41,992 nucleotides of DNA from Methanomicrobiales archaeon. Lineage in GTDB: Archaea > Halobacteriota > Syntropharchaeia > Alkanophagales > Methanospirareceae. Shown here piece after piece: positions 1 through 8,579 of the stretch; the stretch's first letter is position 1; every line of letters begins with the position of its first letter. The stretch is from the NCBI GenBank assembly GCA_003160755.1, contig QEXZ01000002.1, forward strand, positions 1 to 41,992, given 5' to 3'. Below the pieces are notes generated by a model. That model was not told the DNA's origin and made no database searches. It worked only from the letters and a program-made list of their open reading frames with translations. Made by a program: the position numbers and the translations under genes.

Positions 1-1
1 A

Positions 2-127
2 TTTGTTGCTATTTTACTCTTACTCTTGTCAAGCACCTTTTGGATAGCAATTCTAACTGTAGTTATTTTTGCACTTATTGGTTTTTCGATGATGGTGGGC
101 TTGATAACAAAATTATTTGGGAAATGA
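2..127 (+). CDS. 3' end of a hydrophobic membrane protein (partial, runs off the window start)
   Basis: Frame 2 is open from the window edge and reads FVAILLLLLSSTFWIAILTVVIFALIGFSMMVGLITKLFGK*. Its stop overlaps the next ATG as ATGA at 124-127, a coupling-type overlap. Confidence 0.3.
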   Translation, partial: FVAILLLLLSSTFWIAILTVVIFALIGFSMMVGLITKLFGK

Positions 128-505
128 AAAAGAAGCAAATACAAGGACTTGATTTAGTTTTAGTAGCAGTAAGTTTGGCTTTGGTAGTTGCCCTCATAGG
201 GGCAGTGGGCTACATTGTTTTTCTATCCTAATGCAGCTAATGTGGGAGATCCCGGTGTTGTAATCACGGGAACTATTAAAAATGAGTACGATAGGGATTA
301 TTACATATGCATTGCTGCACATGCTTTTAATTCGGAAGGGGAGCAGATTGGACACAGTATTGATCCATGTCCTGTGTGTGGCATGATTGCACCTTATGTT
401 AAGTGCGGCCAAACAGGTAATTTCGAGTTGCACTTGAAGTATAGAGAGGATATTGAGCGTATTGAGCTTTTTGTCGGATGTGTGAGTGAAATACCACCAC
501 CATAG
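124..505 (+). pseudogene. TM-anchored secreted/extracytoplasmic protein split by a +1 frameshift at a T5 run (218-222)
   Basis: MKKKQIQGLDLVLVAVSLALVVALIGAVGYIVF (signal anchor) stops at 229-231. The +1 frame continues directly as YPNAANVGDPGVVITGTIKNEYD... to 505. Removing one T from the T5 run fuses the two ORFs. Confidence 0.35.
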
Positions 506-548
506 GTAGGAAATTGGCCATTCTAAAAGAAAGGAGGGATAATAAATT

Positions 549-848
549 ATGGTGGGAAAATGGAAAGTAGGTGCAATAACAGGAGCAGTGTGGGGGTTAA
601 TAAGCCTTGTCACCCTTTCAGGAGGGATTTGGCTTAATCCACTGATAAAATATACTTTTGGTTTGCCTACCACGCTTACATTTCATATCGTTAATTGGCT
701 TAATTTTATAATAGTGCCAATTATTGGTATATGGTTTAGTTACATTGTACTTTTCTTGTTAGCGCTTAACTATGGCGCTATAATCGTTGTAGGAATTATG
801 TATTTGACTGGCAAGGTTCGAGCCAAACAGAAAATCATCAAATTTTAG
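549..848 (+). CDS. small integral membrane protein (3 predicted TM helices), unknown function
   Basis: A strong SD-like AAAGGAGGG lies 8-10 nt upstream of the ATG. The sequence is hydrophobic throughout. Confidence 0.5.
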   Translation: MVGKWKVGAITGAVWGLISLVTLSGGIWLNPLIKYTFGLPTTLTFHIVNWLNFIIVPIIGIWFSYIVLFLLALNYGAIIVVGIMYLTGKVRAKQKIIKF

Positions 849-1802
849 CAGTGTATGCCATGTTTCCTTACATTCGCAATCTATCTCCGTGAGGCGTTCT
901 AACACGTTCAAGTTCTGCGTTATGTTGAACTCTTTTATCGCCTCTGTTATTTCCATGTCGCACTTACCACAATTGTGCGGTCCGCGGATATGACCCGCAC
1001 CCACGGGGTCAGACGTCACCACGACATTTTCACCACGTTTTTTTATCTCTTTTACTGTCTCGACAGCACTCCAGAGCCACGGTGGTCTATAATACCTTCT
1101 TTTCCATAAACCTTCTAAGTGCGTGTGTTTTTGTATATTGCATAGGTTCAGGGAGATAGAGGAACTATAAGGAGCGGCGAGTGCAGCGGATTTTATAATG
1201 TCTTCTATCGCCTTTTTCTCGGATACAAAAGGAGGTTTAAGCAAAAGATACGTCTTTACCGTTGCTTCGCATTCGTTCACGATTTTCGCTGCTGTTTTAT
1301 AATCGGCGAATGAGAAACCCTTGTTTATGTATTTCGACCTGATAAAATCATCCGCGGTTTCTAACCCGATAGCAAGTTCGAGATGCTCAACGATTTTCAA
1401 ATCCGCGATTCTCTCCTCGTTTATAAACTCGGGTCTCGTCTCTACTATCAGTTTCTTTATCGCTTGCCTGTTGTTCACCAGCTCGGCTATCGCGATTCTC
1501 GTTCCGCTTGAAATCTCTCGTTCGTCGAGGAAGCTGCCGGAAGTGAAAATCTTGAGTATAAAATCTTCTTCCGGGCTGGTTCTTAATGCTCGTTCAAGTT
1601 GAGCCCGGATGTCTGCCTGTGTTACGTCTGCGGATTCGTGCCAGTAGCCGCACATCGTGCATTTTCGCCACTGACAGCCTACAGTCCGCAGTATGACGGT
1701 CAGGCATTTTATCGGTTTTTGCTCTTCGGTGAAGAAGTCGTAATCGAGCCAAGAAGCTACTGGGTGGGTTTTTTTGTTCTTTGGTGTGGTCATGGTTTTC
1801 AT
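759..1802 (-). CDS. radical SAM protein, archaeosine-biosynthesis RaSEA-like (TIGR01210-type)
   Basis: It has the cluster motif LRTVGCQWRKCTMCGYW and an Elp3-like core. Length is 347 aa, typical for this archaeal family. Confidence 0.7.
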   Translation of the reverse strand: MKTMTTPKNKKTHPVASWLDYDFFTEEQKPIKCLTVILRTVGCQWRKCTMCGYWHESADVTQADIRAQLERALRTSPEEDFILKIFTSGSFLDEREISSGTRIAIAELVNNRQAIKKLIVETRPEFINEERIADLKIVEHLELAIGLETADDFIRSKYINKGFSFADYKTAAKIVNECEATVKTYLLLKPPFVSEKKAIEDIIKSAALAAPYSSSISLNLCNIQKHTHLEGLWKRRYYRPPWLWSAVETVKEIKKRGENVVVTSDPVGAGHIRGPHNCGKCDMEITEAIKEFNITQNLNVLERLTEIDCECKETWHTLLKFDDFLFGSNLASQIHNSYNDYSAIVKR

Positions 1803-1839
1803 TGTGATAATTGCCCGGGGATAAGATAATAAAAAATCC

Positions 1840-2367
1840 CTATCTCATTTCTGTTTCTTCATCCACCTTCCGCTCGTACGTCTGAACAAGCATCCCCTTG
1901 CTTTGCTCCCAGGGTTCGCCCGTCTTGTAAAAATTGAACTTCTCCATTGCTCGCTCACAGGGTTCATTACCCGCCAGGATATTTACGTAATTCACCTTAC
2001 ACTTATTCGCTTTTGCAAACGCATAGAACTGCGCATACATTGCCGATGCAACACCCTGGTCACTGTATTCCGGTAGAACCGCCTGCTGCTCGCCGAAACA
2101 ACCTCTTCCTGTTATGGATGCTTTGTACACACCCACCAATTTACCGTTTATGCGAACACCGAAGAAGAAATGGCCGGAGTCCATCTCTTTCTTTATTTCA
2201 TCCTCGCTCATCGCACGCATCTCTCGCCATTCCTTCGGATACACATAAGCCTTTGGCCATACTTCCTTATAGAGGGCGGAGATGTCCTTCGCTTCTTCTT
2301 TACGTAGCAGTAGTACACGATGTTTTCCTGCCTTGTTTTCGTCGTCTATAATACACACCTTCGTCAT
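1840..2367 (-). CDS. GNAT family N-acetyltransferase
   Basis: GNAT-like core: FGVRINGKLVGVY...EQQAVLPEYSDQGVASAMYAQFYAFAK. Length is 175 aa. Confidence 0.7.
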   Translation of the reverse strand: MTKVCIIDDENKAGKHRVLLLRKEEAKDISALYKEVWPKAYVYPKEWREMRAMSEDEIKKEMDSGHFFFGVRINGKLVGVYKASITGRGCFGEQQAVLPEYSDQGVASAMYAQFYAFAKANKCKVNYVNILAGNEPCERAMEKFNFYKTGEPWEQSKGMLVQTYERKVDEETEMR

Positions 2368-2456
2368 CTTCGTTATTCCTCTATTATAAACTTAAGGGAT
2401 TTCTCTCTTTAAATCTTTTTTGATTTTTGTTTGTTGTTCTCGAAATTCAAACTTTC

Positions 2457-2626
2457 TTGTTGTATATAAAGTATAACTTCCTCTTATTTAAGACACGGAT
2501 TTATACGGATTTATTTTAGTCTAACCGTGTTGATTCTTATCATCTGTGTTAATTAAGCCCTTTCCGGGCTTGCGGGAATGTGGGCAGAGCCCACAAGCGT
2601 TAATCTGTGTCCATAATTTATTTTTT
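2457..2626 (+). mobile_element. MITE-like AT-rich element, copy 1 (carries a nested GC-hairpin insertion)
   Basis: TTGTTGTATATAAAGTATAACTTCC..TTTAAGACACGGATTTATACGGATTT ... CATCTGTGTTAAT[44-bp insert]GCGTTAATCTGTGTCCATAATTTATTTT. Confidence 0.7.
2554..2597 (-). repeat. GC-rich double-hairpin element, copy A
   Basis: The reverse complement reads CTTGTGGGCTCTGCCCACATTCCCGCAAGCCCGGAAAGGGCTTA. Confidence 0.75.
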
Positions 2627-3145
2627 CTTGTTCAAAGAAAGGTTGTCCATGAACCTTTTCTGCATCTCTACCACTTCACTACTGTTCGTTGCCTTGGAAT
2701 AAGCAATTAACCGGTCCTCATTCAATCTCAGAAATACATCGCCCCACTTGAACCCGCGCAGTATAAATTGCGATTGCTCGTGCTCGCCGAGAATGAACAA
2801 AGCAGCAGCGAGCGCCTCCGCCGAACTCAAAATAAACGGTCTGCCGTAGTTCGTCGGGTTCGCTGCTATTAAGTAGGGCAATGCTCGCTTTTTCCTCTTC
2901 AGCTTTCTCAAAGCATCCTCAAAAGTGGCTATTTTAGACCATGAGCAATCAAAAACGGTTATGCTGCTTGCTGATTTTCTATCTGCAGGAGAGAGTGCCT
3001 GTTCCGCAATAGGAACCAACAAGATCGTTTTATACGGTATTTTTCGCATCACATTAACCGATTTTATCAGGCCTGCTCGTGCTAATTTTCTCGCTGTGCA
3101 TTTCTTCGGGTCGCACTGCCCTGCATCGTATGCGTATAACTGCAT
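2618..3145 (-). CDS. tsr3: 16S rRNA aminocarboxypropyltransferase Tsr3 (DUF367)
   Basis: The N-terminus MQLYAYDAGQCDPKKCTARKLARAGL and the later DCSW...LPYLIAANPTNYGRP are characteristic Tsr3 signatures. Confidence 0.85.
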   Translation of the reverse strand: MQLYAYDAGQCDPKKCTARKLARAGLIKSVNVMRKIPYKTILLVPIAEQALSPADRKSASSITVFDCSWSKIATFEDALRKLKRKKRALPYLIAANPTNYGRPFILSSAEALAAALFILGEHEQSQFILRGFKWGDVFLRLNEDRLIAYSKATNSSEVVEMQKRFMDNLSLNKKK

Positions 3146-3282
3146 TTTACTTGTTTCGCTTCTCCTATAACCACAAGATCACGCAGATTTTTACACAAAC
3201 TTTCTTTTGAAAGAAAGTTTGATCAACGGAACATCTTAGAGGCGTTGTTCTTTTCCGTAAACGCTTTTTCTAAAAGGGTTTA

Positions 3283-4164
3283 TTAGTAAAGGTTTTTGCT
3301 TTCAAAAAAGTTTTGCAATAACAAAGGGATTTTTTTCTTTAGCCCCTGCACTATCTCCTCAGACATGAACGGTGGCACCAGAACTTCTTTAATTGGTTTT
3401 ATCAATTCCACAATTCTGGAAGTTGCGAGTTCTTCCTGCGAATATGTAGAAGCTGAGAGTTGAACCGCTGTTAGATACTTCTCCGGGTCGTATACCGAGA
3501 TATGCCCTGGTTTAACACCAATAACAATGTCCAAATCTTTTAGCCCCTTCCAAGGCAAAGCTATATCGCTATAACTCTCAATGACCAAACAATCATATTG
3601 TTTGTTCATCTCTTTATATACCAACTCAACTGCGAGGTCGTAATATTCCTCTGTTAGCTTATTTAATCTATTTAAATCCCTGACATGGTAAATACTGGAT
3701 GCTTTGGCACGTAGTTTCTCAAAAAGAGCATCGTCACATCTATACTCAACTGGCAGTGCTTCGTTCTCAACCACCAGATTCTTTGCTCCTTCTTTAAACC
3801 ACAGCGTGACACGGTCGAAGATAAAATAAGGAATTTGCGTGACCGGGTCGATGTGCTGAGGTTCTGCCCACAACCTGTGGATAGGGTTGATAAATTCTTC
3901 CATTATGGCACCTGCATCGGGACCAAAAGCCGAAGCAGATTTTAAATGTTTTGCATCCTTCCCGTAGAGTCGTCCATGCGATAAAGCCTCCTGCACCACA
4001 TCGTAATCATACCACACACTGTTGCCAGCCCGTGGTTTAAATCCACATGCATTAAACCCCTTCTCCCTTAAGTAAGCTAGTAACGCCTGTGCAAGAGTCG
4101 TCTTACCTGCGTCCTTCTCTTTCAACCCTACAATCAAAATCTTCAATCTTTCTTTCTTTGTCAT
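3283..4164 (-). CDS. BioD/CobQ-like P-loop NTPase, function unknown
   Basis: N-terminal P-loop ILIVGLKEKDAGKTTLAQALLAYLREKGFNACGFKP. The rest is not recognisable. Confidence 0.5.
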   Translation of the reverse strand: MTKKERLKILIVGLKEKDAGKTTLAQALLAYLREKGFNACGFKPRAGNSVWYDYDVVQEALSHGRLYGKDAKHLKSASAFGPDAGAIMEEFINPIHRLWAEPQHIDPVTQIPYFIFDRVTLWFKEGAKNLVVENEALPVEYRCDDALFEKLRAKASSIYHVRDLNRLNKLTEEYYDLAVELVYKEMNKQYDCLVIESYSDIALPWKGLKDLDIVIGVKPGHISVYDPEKYLTAVQLSASTYSQEELATSRIVELIKPIKEVLVPPFMSEEIVQGLKKKIPLLLQNFFESKNLY

Positions 4165-4245
4165 CTCAGCGCTCTCCGCGTTCTCGGCGGTAAGTAAAAA
4201 GAAAACATTTTTCTTTTAGCACAAACCTTTCTTTAGAAAAGAAAG

Positions 4246-4311
4246 CTTTACCAAAGAAACTAATTTTTTCTTTTAGCACAGGTTTTCTTTTTGCTAAAAA
4301 GAAAAAGTGTT
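4246..4311 (+). repeat. AT-rich palindromic repeat (TTTACCAAAGAAA..TTTTCTTTTAGCACAGGTTTTCTTTTT..AAAAAGAAAAAGTGTT), copy 1, abutting the OCD-family ATG
   Basis: It aligns over ~70 bp with 34440-34516. A half-copy lies at 4205-4240. Confidence 0.7.
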
Positions 4312-5286
4312 ATGAAAAAGATAACTGAGCTGGATGCGTTTCTCGTAACAAACGAAGAACTAAAAGAGACGATAGAGAGTATAGGATGGAAAGCATTCAT
4401 TGCTGAGATAAGAAGAGGGTTTGAACAAAGTTCTTCTGGGCAGACCATTGTGCCTGAAAAGGTGTACATTGATACGGGCGTGTCGGACATGAGATGTATG
4501 CCTGCGTATTTGCCGGAATACAATCGCAATTATTGCGGTGTGAAGATTGTCATCACTGCGCCGGGGAACAAAAAACTCGGTTTGCCAATGGTATTGGGTG
4601 AATATTTACTCCGGAATGCGGAAACACAGCAATTGGTGGCGATAATGCAGGCGGAGGAGATGACCGCGTATAGAACCGGCGCCGCTACTGGTGTCGCTAC
4701 CGAAACGTTATCGAGGACAGATAGCAAAACGCTGGGCATAATAGGAACAGGAAAACAAGCTCCTTACCAGGCTGAGGCAATACTGGCTGTACGGCCTTCT
4801 ATTGACACGATAAAGGCATATGATGTCACCGAACAACAAGCGAGGGATTTTAAAAAGCAATATGAACCCGAGTGGGGTGTTGACATAGCAGTTGTCGGTC
4901 TGGAAGAGACGGTGGATTCTGACATAGTCACAACCGTAACCCCGGCCACGGAACCTTTCATTTCTGCTGAACTGATAAAGCAGGGGGTACATCTTAACGG
5001 AGTTGGTGCCGACTCGAAAACGAAGATAGAATTCGCACCTGAAGTGCTGAAAAAATCAAGCAGGATATTCATTGATGATTTATCGCAGTGCATACATTCG
5101 GGGGAGATATACAGGGGACTGGAAAAAGGAATAGTGGGGAAAGGGGATTTGATTCCTCTGGGTGACGTATTGCTCGGTAAAGCAAAGGGCAGGACGAGCG
5201 AGGAGGATATAACGTTCTTCAAATCAACTGGCGTCGCCTTTGAGGATTTGATTACTGCGATATTGGTTTTTGAGAGGCTAATTTGA
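4312..5286 (+). CDS. ornithine cyclodeaminase/mu-crystallin family protein (archaeal alanine dehydrogenase-like)
   Basis: Rossmann motif LGIIGTGKQAPYQAEA, plus TAYRTGAATGVAT and NGVGADSKTKIE. I chose the ATG at 4312 rather than the TTG at 4291. Confidence 0.8.
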   Translation: MKKITELDAFLVTNEELKETIESIGWKAFIAEIRRGFEQSSSGQTIVPEKVYIDTGVSDMRCMPAYLPEYNRNYCGVKIVITAPGNKKLGLPMVLGEYLLRNAETQQLVAIMQAEEMTAYRTGAATGVATETLSRTDSKTLGIIGTGKQAPYQAEAILAVRPSIDTIKAYDVTEQQARDFKKQYEPEWGVDIAVVGLEETVDSDIVTTVTPATEPFISAELIKQGVHLNGVGADSKTKIEFAPEVLKKSSRIFIDDLSQCIHSGEIYRGLEKGIVGKGDLIPLGDVLLGKAKGRTSEEDITFFKSTGVAFEDLITAILVFERLI

Positions 5287-5344
5287 CAATGTCACATTTT
5301 AATTTTAACTAACTCCTTATCTTCATTTTTATGAGGTAAAAAGG

Positions 5345-6319
5345 ATGCAAATTGAAATTCTCGGCACGGAGTCGTTGGGCGTTCGCGGTCTGAGCTGTGT
5401 GGTCGAACTCAAAGCACGGAAGATAGTCATTGACCCCGGGGTAGCATTGGGCTACAACCGCCATGGATTGCTCCCCCACCCTTTGCAGGTAGCGGCTGGC
5501 GAGTCAGTGCGTCATAAAATCCTGTCTGAATTGGAAGACGCTACTGATGTCGTGTTCAGCCATTTACATGGCGACCACGTGCCCTTAGTAGATGCCAATC
5601 CGTTTCAGATGCCGGCGCAAAAAGTGGCTGCTTTATCCCGGGCACGGCCACAAACAGGAACACAAAAAATCCGGTTCTGGGTTAAAGGTCCTCGTGGACT
5701 TTCTCGAAACATGCTGAATCGGTTGCAGTCGTTACGCATTGCTCTGGATAACGACCTGCCGAATGCCGAAGGGCAGAACGATGGCCCGTTAAGTTTCTCG
5801 CTACCCGTTCCGCATGGAGAGCGAGACAAACGCGGCGGCACGGTGATGATGACAAGGATAGAAGAGGGAAAAGAAGTATTTGTGCACGCTTCTGACATCC
5901 AACTGCTTGATGAGGCGACGGTGCCCCGAATCCTGAACTGGCAGCCAACGATTGTGCTGGCTTCCGGTCCACCTCTCTACTTACCGCATCTTTCACAGAG
6001 GCAGCGTGAAACCGCCTGGCGTAATGCCGTGCGGCTTGCTCAAGGGGTTGACACTTTAATCCTTGACCATCATCTGATGCGTTCCAAAGCAGGAAGTCGG
6101 TGGCTGGATAAGTTGTCGGTATCTGTATCATCCACGACGGGGCACAAGGTCGTATGTGCTGCGGATTTTTTGGGTCGGCATCGGACTCTGCTCGAAGCGT
6201 GGCGACAGCGTTTGTATGCGGAGATGTCAGTACCGAGAGGGTGGCATGACGCTTACGCTCGTGGCGAGGTTGACACCCGTCCATACCGGGATTGGATAAG
6301 GAGGGTGGAAAGGTGGTGA
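5345..6319 (+). CDS. metallo-beta-lactamase-fold hydrolase (COG2248/UPF0282-like)
   Basis: N-terminus ILGTESLGVRGLSCVVE...IVIDPGV and the HxHxDH motif SHLHGDH. It is visibly more GC-rich than its neighbours. Confidence 0.65.
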   Translation: MQIEILGTESLGVRGLSCVVELKARKIVIDPGVALGYNRHGLLPHPLQVAAGESVRHKILSELEDATDVVFSHLHGDHVPLVDANPFQMPAQKVAALSRARPQTGTQKIRFWVKGPRGLSRNMLNRLQSLRIALDNDLPNAEGQNDGPLSFSLPVPHGERDKRGGTVMMTRIEEGKEVFVHASDIQLLDEATVPRILNWQPTIVLASGPPLYLPHLSQRQRETAWRNAVRLAQGVDTLILDHHLMRSKAGSRWLDKLSVSVSSTTGHKVVCAADFLGRHRTLLEAWRQRLYAEMSVPRGWHDAYARGEVDTRPYRDWIRRVERW

Positions 6320-6339
6320 ATGCAAATATTTTTTGAAAT

Positions 6340-6405
6340 AAGTCCGCGTAAATCAGTGTAAATCCGTGTCTCAAATAGAAGGAGGGCATACATAATATAC
6401 AATAA
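6340..6405 (-). mobile_element. MITE-like element, copy 2 (one arm only, truncated next to the MBL gene)
   Basis: AAGTCCGCGTAAATCAGTGTAAATCCGTGTCTCAAATAGAAGGAGGGCATACATAATATACAAT. Confidence 0.6.
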
Positions 6406-6437
6406 AAAATCTAAAATAATCGTTTTATAATTTAATC

Positions 6438-7307
6438 ATGCTCTGGTTCATATTCGCATTTTTAACGGCACTCTTCGAGGCAACGAAAGACGTCCTCAGC
6501 AAGAAAAGCCTGAAAGACATTGACGAATACGTGGTTGCATGGTCATTACCGTTCTTTGCGCTGCCATTTCTGTTACCCATACTGCTTTTTACTGAAATCC
6601 CGCCTCTCGGCGAGCGGTTCTGGCTGGCATTGGTCACTGGCGGCACGCTATATGCCTTTACACTTGTTCTGTACATGAAAGCCATCAAAACATCTGATTT
6701 GTCCATAACTGTTCCGATGCTTACATTTACGCCTCTATTTCTTTTAATAACCTCGCCTTTAATGGTTGGAGAATTCCCCGGTATTTTTGGACTTATTGGC
6801 ATTTTCCTGATTGTTACGGGTTCGTATCTGCTGAACATAAATAAAAAGTTTCATGGATATGGATACTTTGCCCCATTTAAAGCACTGCTAAAAGAAAAAG
6901 GTCCAAGACTTATGCTGGTAGTGGCATTCATCTGGAGTATAACCGCTAACATTGACAAGATTGGACTGCAAAATTCGTCTCCTCTCTTTTGGGTAATCGC
7001 CGTAGATACCTACGTTGCACTACTTATGTTACCGCTGTGTACGTTCAGAGGGAACAGGAAAACAGCCCAGATACGTGCTAATTGGCGTGCTTTGCTTAAA
7101 CTCGGGCTGTTCGGAGGCTTGACTGCCGTATGTCAGATGACCGCAATCAGTTTAACCCTCGTAGCATACGTCATATCAATAAAAAGAACGAGTGCAATCG
7201 GCGGCGTTCTCTTTGGATACCTGATATTTAAAGAGAAGGGTATAAGAGCGCGATTAGTGGGTGCAATCGTGATGGTTTTTGGTGTTTTATTTATAACGCT
7301 GTTTTAG
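6438..7307 (+). CDS. EamA/DMT-family transporter
   Basis: About 10 hydrophobic segments in two-fold EamA-like repeat organisation. Length is 289 aa. Confidence 0.85.
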   Translation: MLWFIFAFLTALFEATKDVLSKKSLKDIDEYVVAWSLPFFALPFLLPILLFTEIPPLGERFWLALVTGGTLYAFTLVLYMKAIKTSDLSITVPMLTFTPLFLLITSPLMVGEFPGIFGLIGIFLIVTGSYLLNINKKFHGYGYFAPFKALLKEKGPRLMLVVAFIWSITANIDKIGLQNSSPLFWVIAVDTYVALLMLPLCTFRGNRKTAQIRANWRALLKLGLFGGLTAVCQMTAISLTLVAYVISIKRTSAIGGVLFGYLIFKEKGIRARLVGAIVMVFGVLFITLF

Positions 7308-7332
7308 TATTTAAAAGCAAGAGGTATCCACC

Positions 7333-8376
7333 ATGTTCCGTCCAAATTTTACTATTACTAACAAAATCCTCAACCACATAGCAGATATTTCTGCTTCTCG
7401 TGAGGTCATACTTAACGCACCGCTGCTCCCTAAATGGGAAGTCAAACTGAGAAAAGAAGCAATTCTAAAAATGACGCACCATTCTACGAGTATCGAAGGG
7501 AACAGACTCACAATGGAAGAGGTTAATAGGCTGCTCCGGGGTGAAGACATAGCGGCATGGGAAAAGGACAAAAAGGAAGTCCTGGGCTATGTGAAGGTTC
7601 TGGAATACATAGACAAGTTAGGAGAGAAGGGCGTTGATAAGATTACTGAAGACATAATCCTGGAAATACACAGGCTAAATACCCGGGGGATTCTTACGGA
7701 TTCAGAAGCTGGACACTATCGAAAAGTGGAGGTAGCGGTGGTTAACGGTCTGGGAAGAGTAACCTTTCAACCACCAAAAGCATCGCAAGTGCCCGCTTTA
7801 ATGCACGATTTTGTTGCATGGCTAAACAGTAAAGAAGCAAAAGAATTATACACGGTTTTGATGAGCGGGATTGCACATTACGAATTCGTTCGGATACACC
7901 CATTTGTAGATGGTAATGGCAGGACCGCGCGGGCACTGGCAACGTTGATTCTATACCTCCACGGTTTTGACACGAAACGTTTTTTTGCGTTGGATGATTA
8001 TTATAATGAAGAACGCAGCAGATACTACGCAGCTCTGCAAACCGTTGACCCACAAACAATAAATAGCACACAATGGTTAGAATATTTTATGGAAGGCGTC
8101 GCAGTAAGTATGGGTCGTGTGAAACAAGCGATTTTAGACCTGAGTCTGGATCGACTGCTAAAAGAAGAACGAGGACAAATATACTTAAACGACAGACAGA
8201 TGAAGATTCTCAAGTATCTTCAGACTAATCCGAGAATTACTATCAGTGAGATACAGAAAATGTTCGATAAAAAAGTTAGTAGGGACACTGCGAACCGAGA
8301 CCTCAAACCACTGTTAGAAAATAAATTGGTGAAAAGGATGGGTAAAGGGAGGGGGATATACTATGAACTGGCATAA
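7333..8376 (+). CDS. fic: Fic family protein (AMPylase-type) with C-terminal winged-helix domain
   Basis: Canonical Fic motif HPFVDGNGRTARA. The N-terminal TxxSxxIEGN region is HHSTSIEGN. The C-terminal part looks like a wHTH (ILKYLQTNPRITISEIQ). Confidence 0.9.
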   Translation: MFRPNFTITNKILNHIADISASREVILNAPLLPKWEVKLRKEAILKMTHHSTSIEGNRLTMEEVNRLLRGEDIAAWEKDKKEVLGYVKVLEYIDKLGEKGVDKITEDIILEIHRLNTRGILTDSEAGHYRKVEVAVVNGLGRVTFQPPKASQVPALMHDFVAWLNSKEAKELYTVLMSGIAHYEFVRIHPFVDGNGRTARALATLILYLHGFDTKRFFALDDYYNEERSRYYAALQTVDPQTINSTQWLEYFMEGVAVSMGRVKQAILDLSLDRLLKEERGQIYLNDRQMKILKYLQTNPRITISEIQKMFDKKVSRDTANRDLKPLLENKLVKRMGKGRGIYYELA

Positions 8377-8449
8377 TGTAAACAATCGTCAGATTATCGT
8401 CAGATTATCGTCAGGGGGTAAAAACAGATAATAGGATAGGTAGAAGGAC

Positions 8450-8577
8450 AAAAAAATAAATTATAGACACTGATTAACACAGACAGATGATAAAAATCAA
8501 CAATCTTTAACTTAAATACGTCCGCGTAAATCCGCGTAAATCTGTGTCTTAAATAGAAGGAAGTTATTATACAACAA
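8450..8577 (-). mobile_element. MITE-like element, copy 3 (ends 2 nt before the cobA ATG)
   Basis: AAATAAATTATAGACACTGATTAACACAGACAGATG ... CCGCGTAAATCCGCGTAAATCTGTGTCTTAAATAGAAGGAAGTTATTATACAACAA. Confidence 0.7.
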
Positions 8578-8579
8578 AA

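Noticed and set aside
759-848. A 90-nt convergent overlap between the small membrane protein ORF (549-848) and the 3' end of the RaSEA-like gene.
   Set aside because: I cannot tell by eye which C-terminus is real. It is most likely a harmless 3' overlap or a non-conserved C-terminal tail, and I see no evidence of special function.
5682-6389. Long antisense or shadow ORFs. Examples are 5682-6389(-), 12723-13220(+), 14173-14805(+), 36230-37102(+), 38555-39301(+), 4764-5222(-) and 21968-22474(-).
   Set aside because: Each lies opposite a gene with clear family signatures. Their translations are low-complexity (Ser/Pro/Leu-rich) and they lack RBS or promoter context.
8386-8560. Regularly spaced 10-11-bp repeats (TCGTCAGATTA, CCGCGTAAAT, CTGTGTTAAT) that look superficially like an array and could be mistaken for a CRISPR.
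   Set aside because: The units are far too short and directly adjacent, with no spacers. They are sub-structures of the MITE-like elements.
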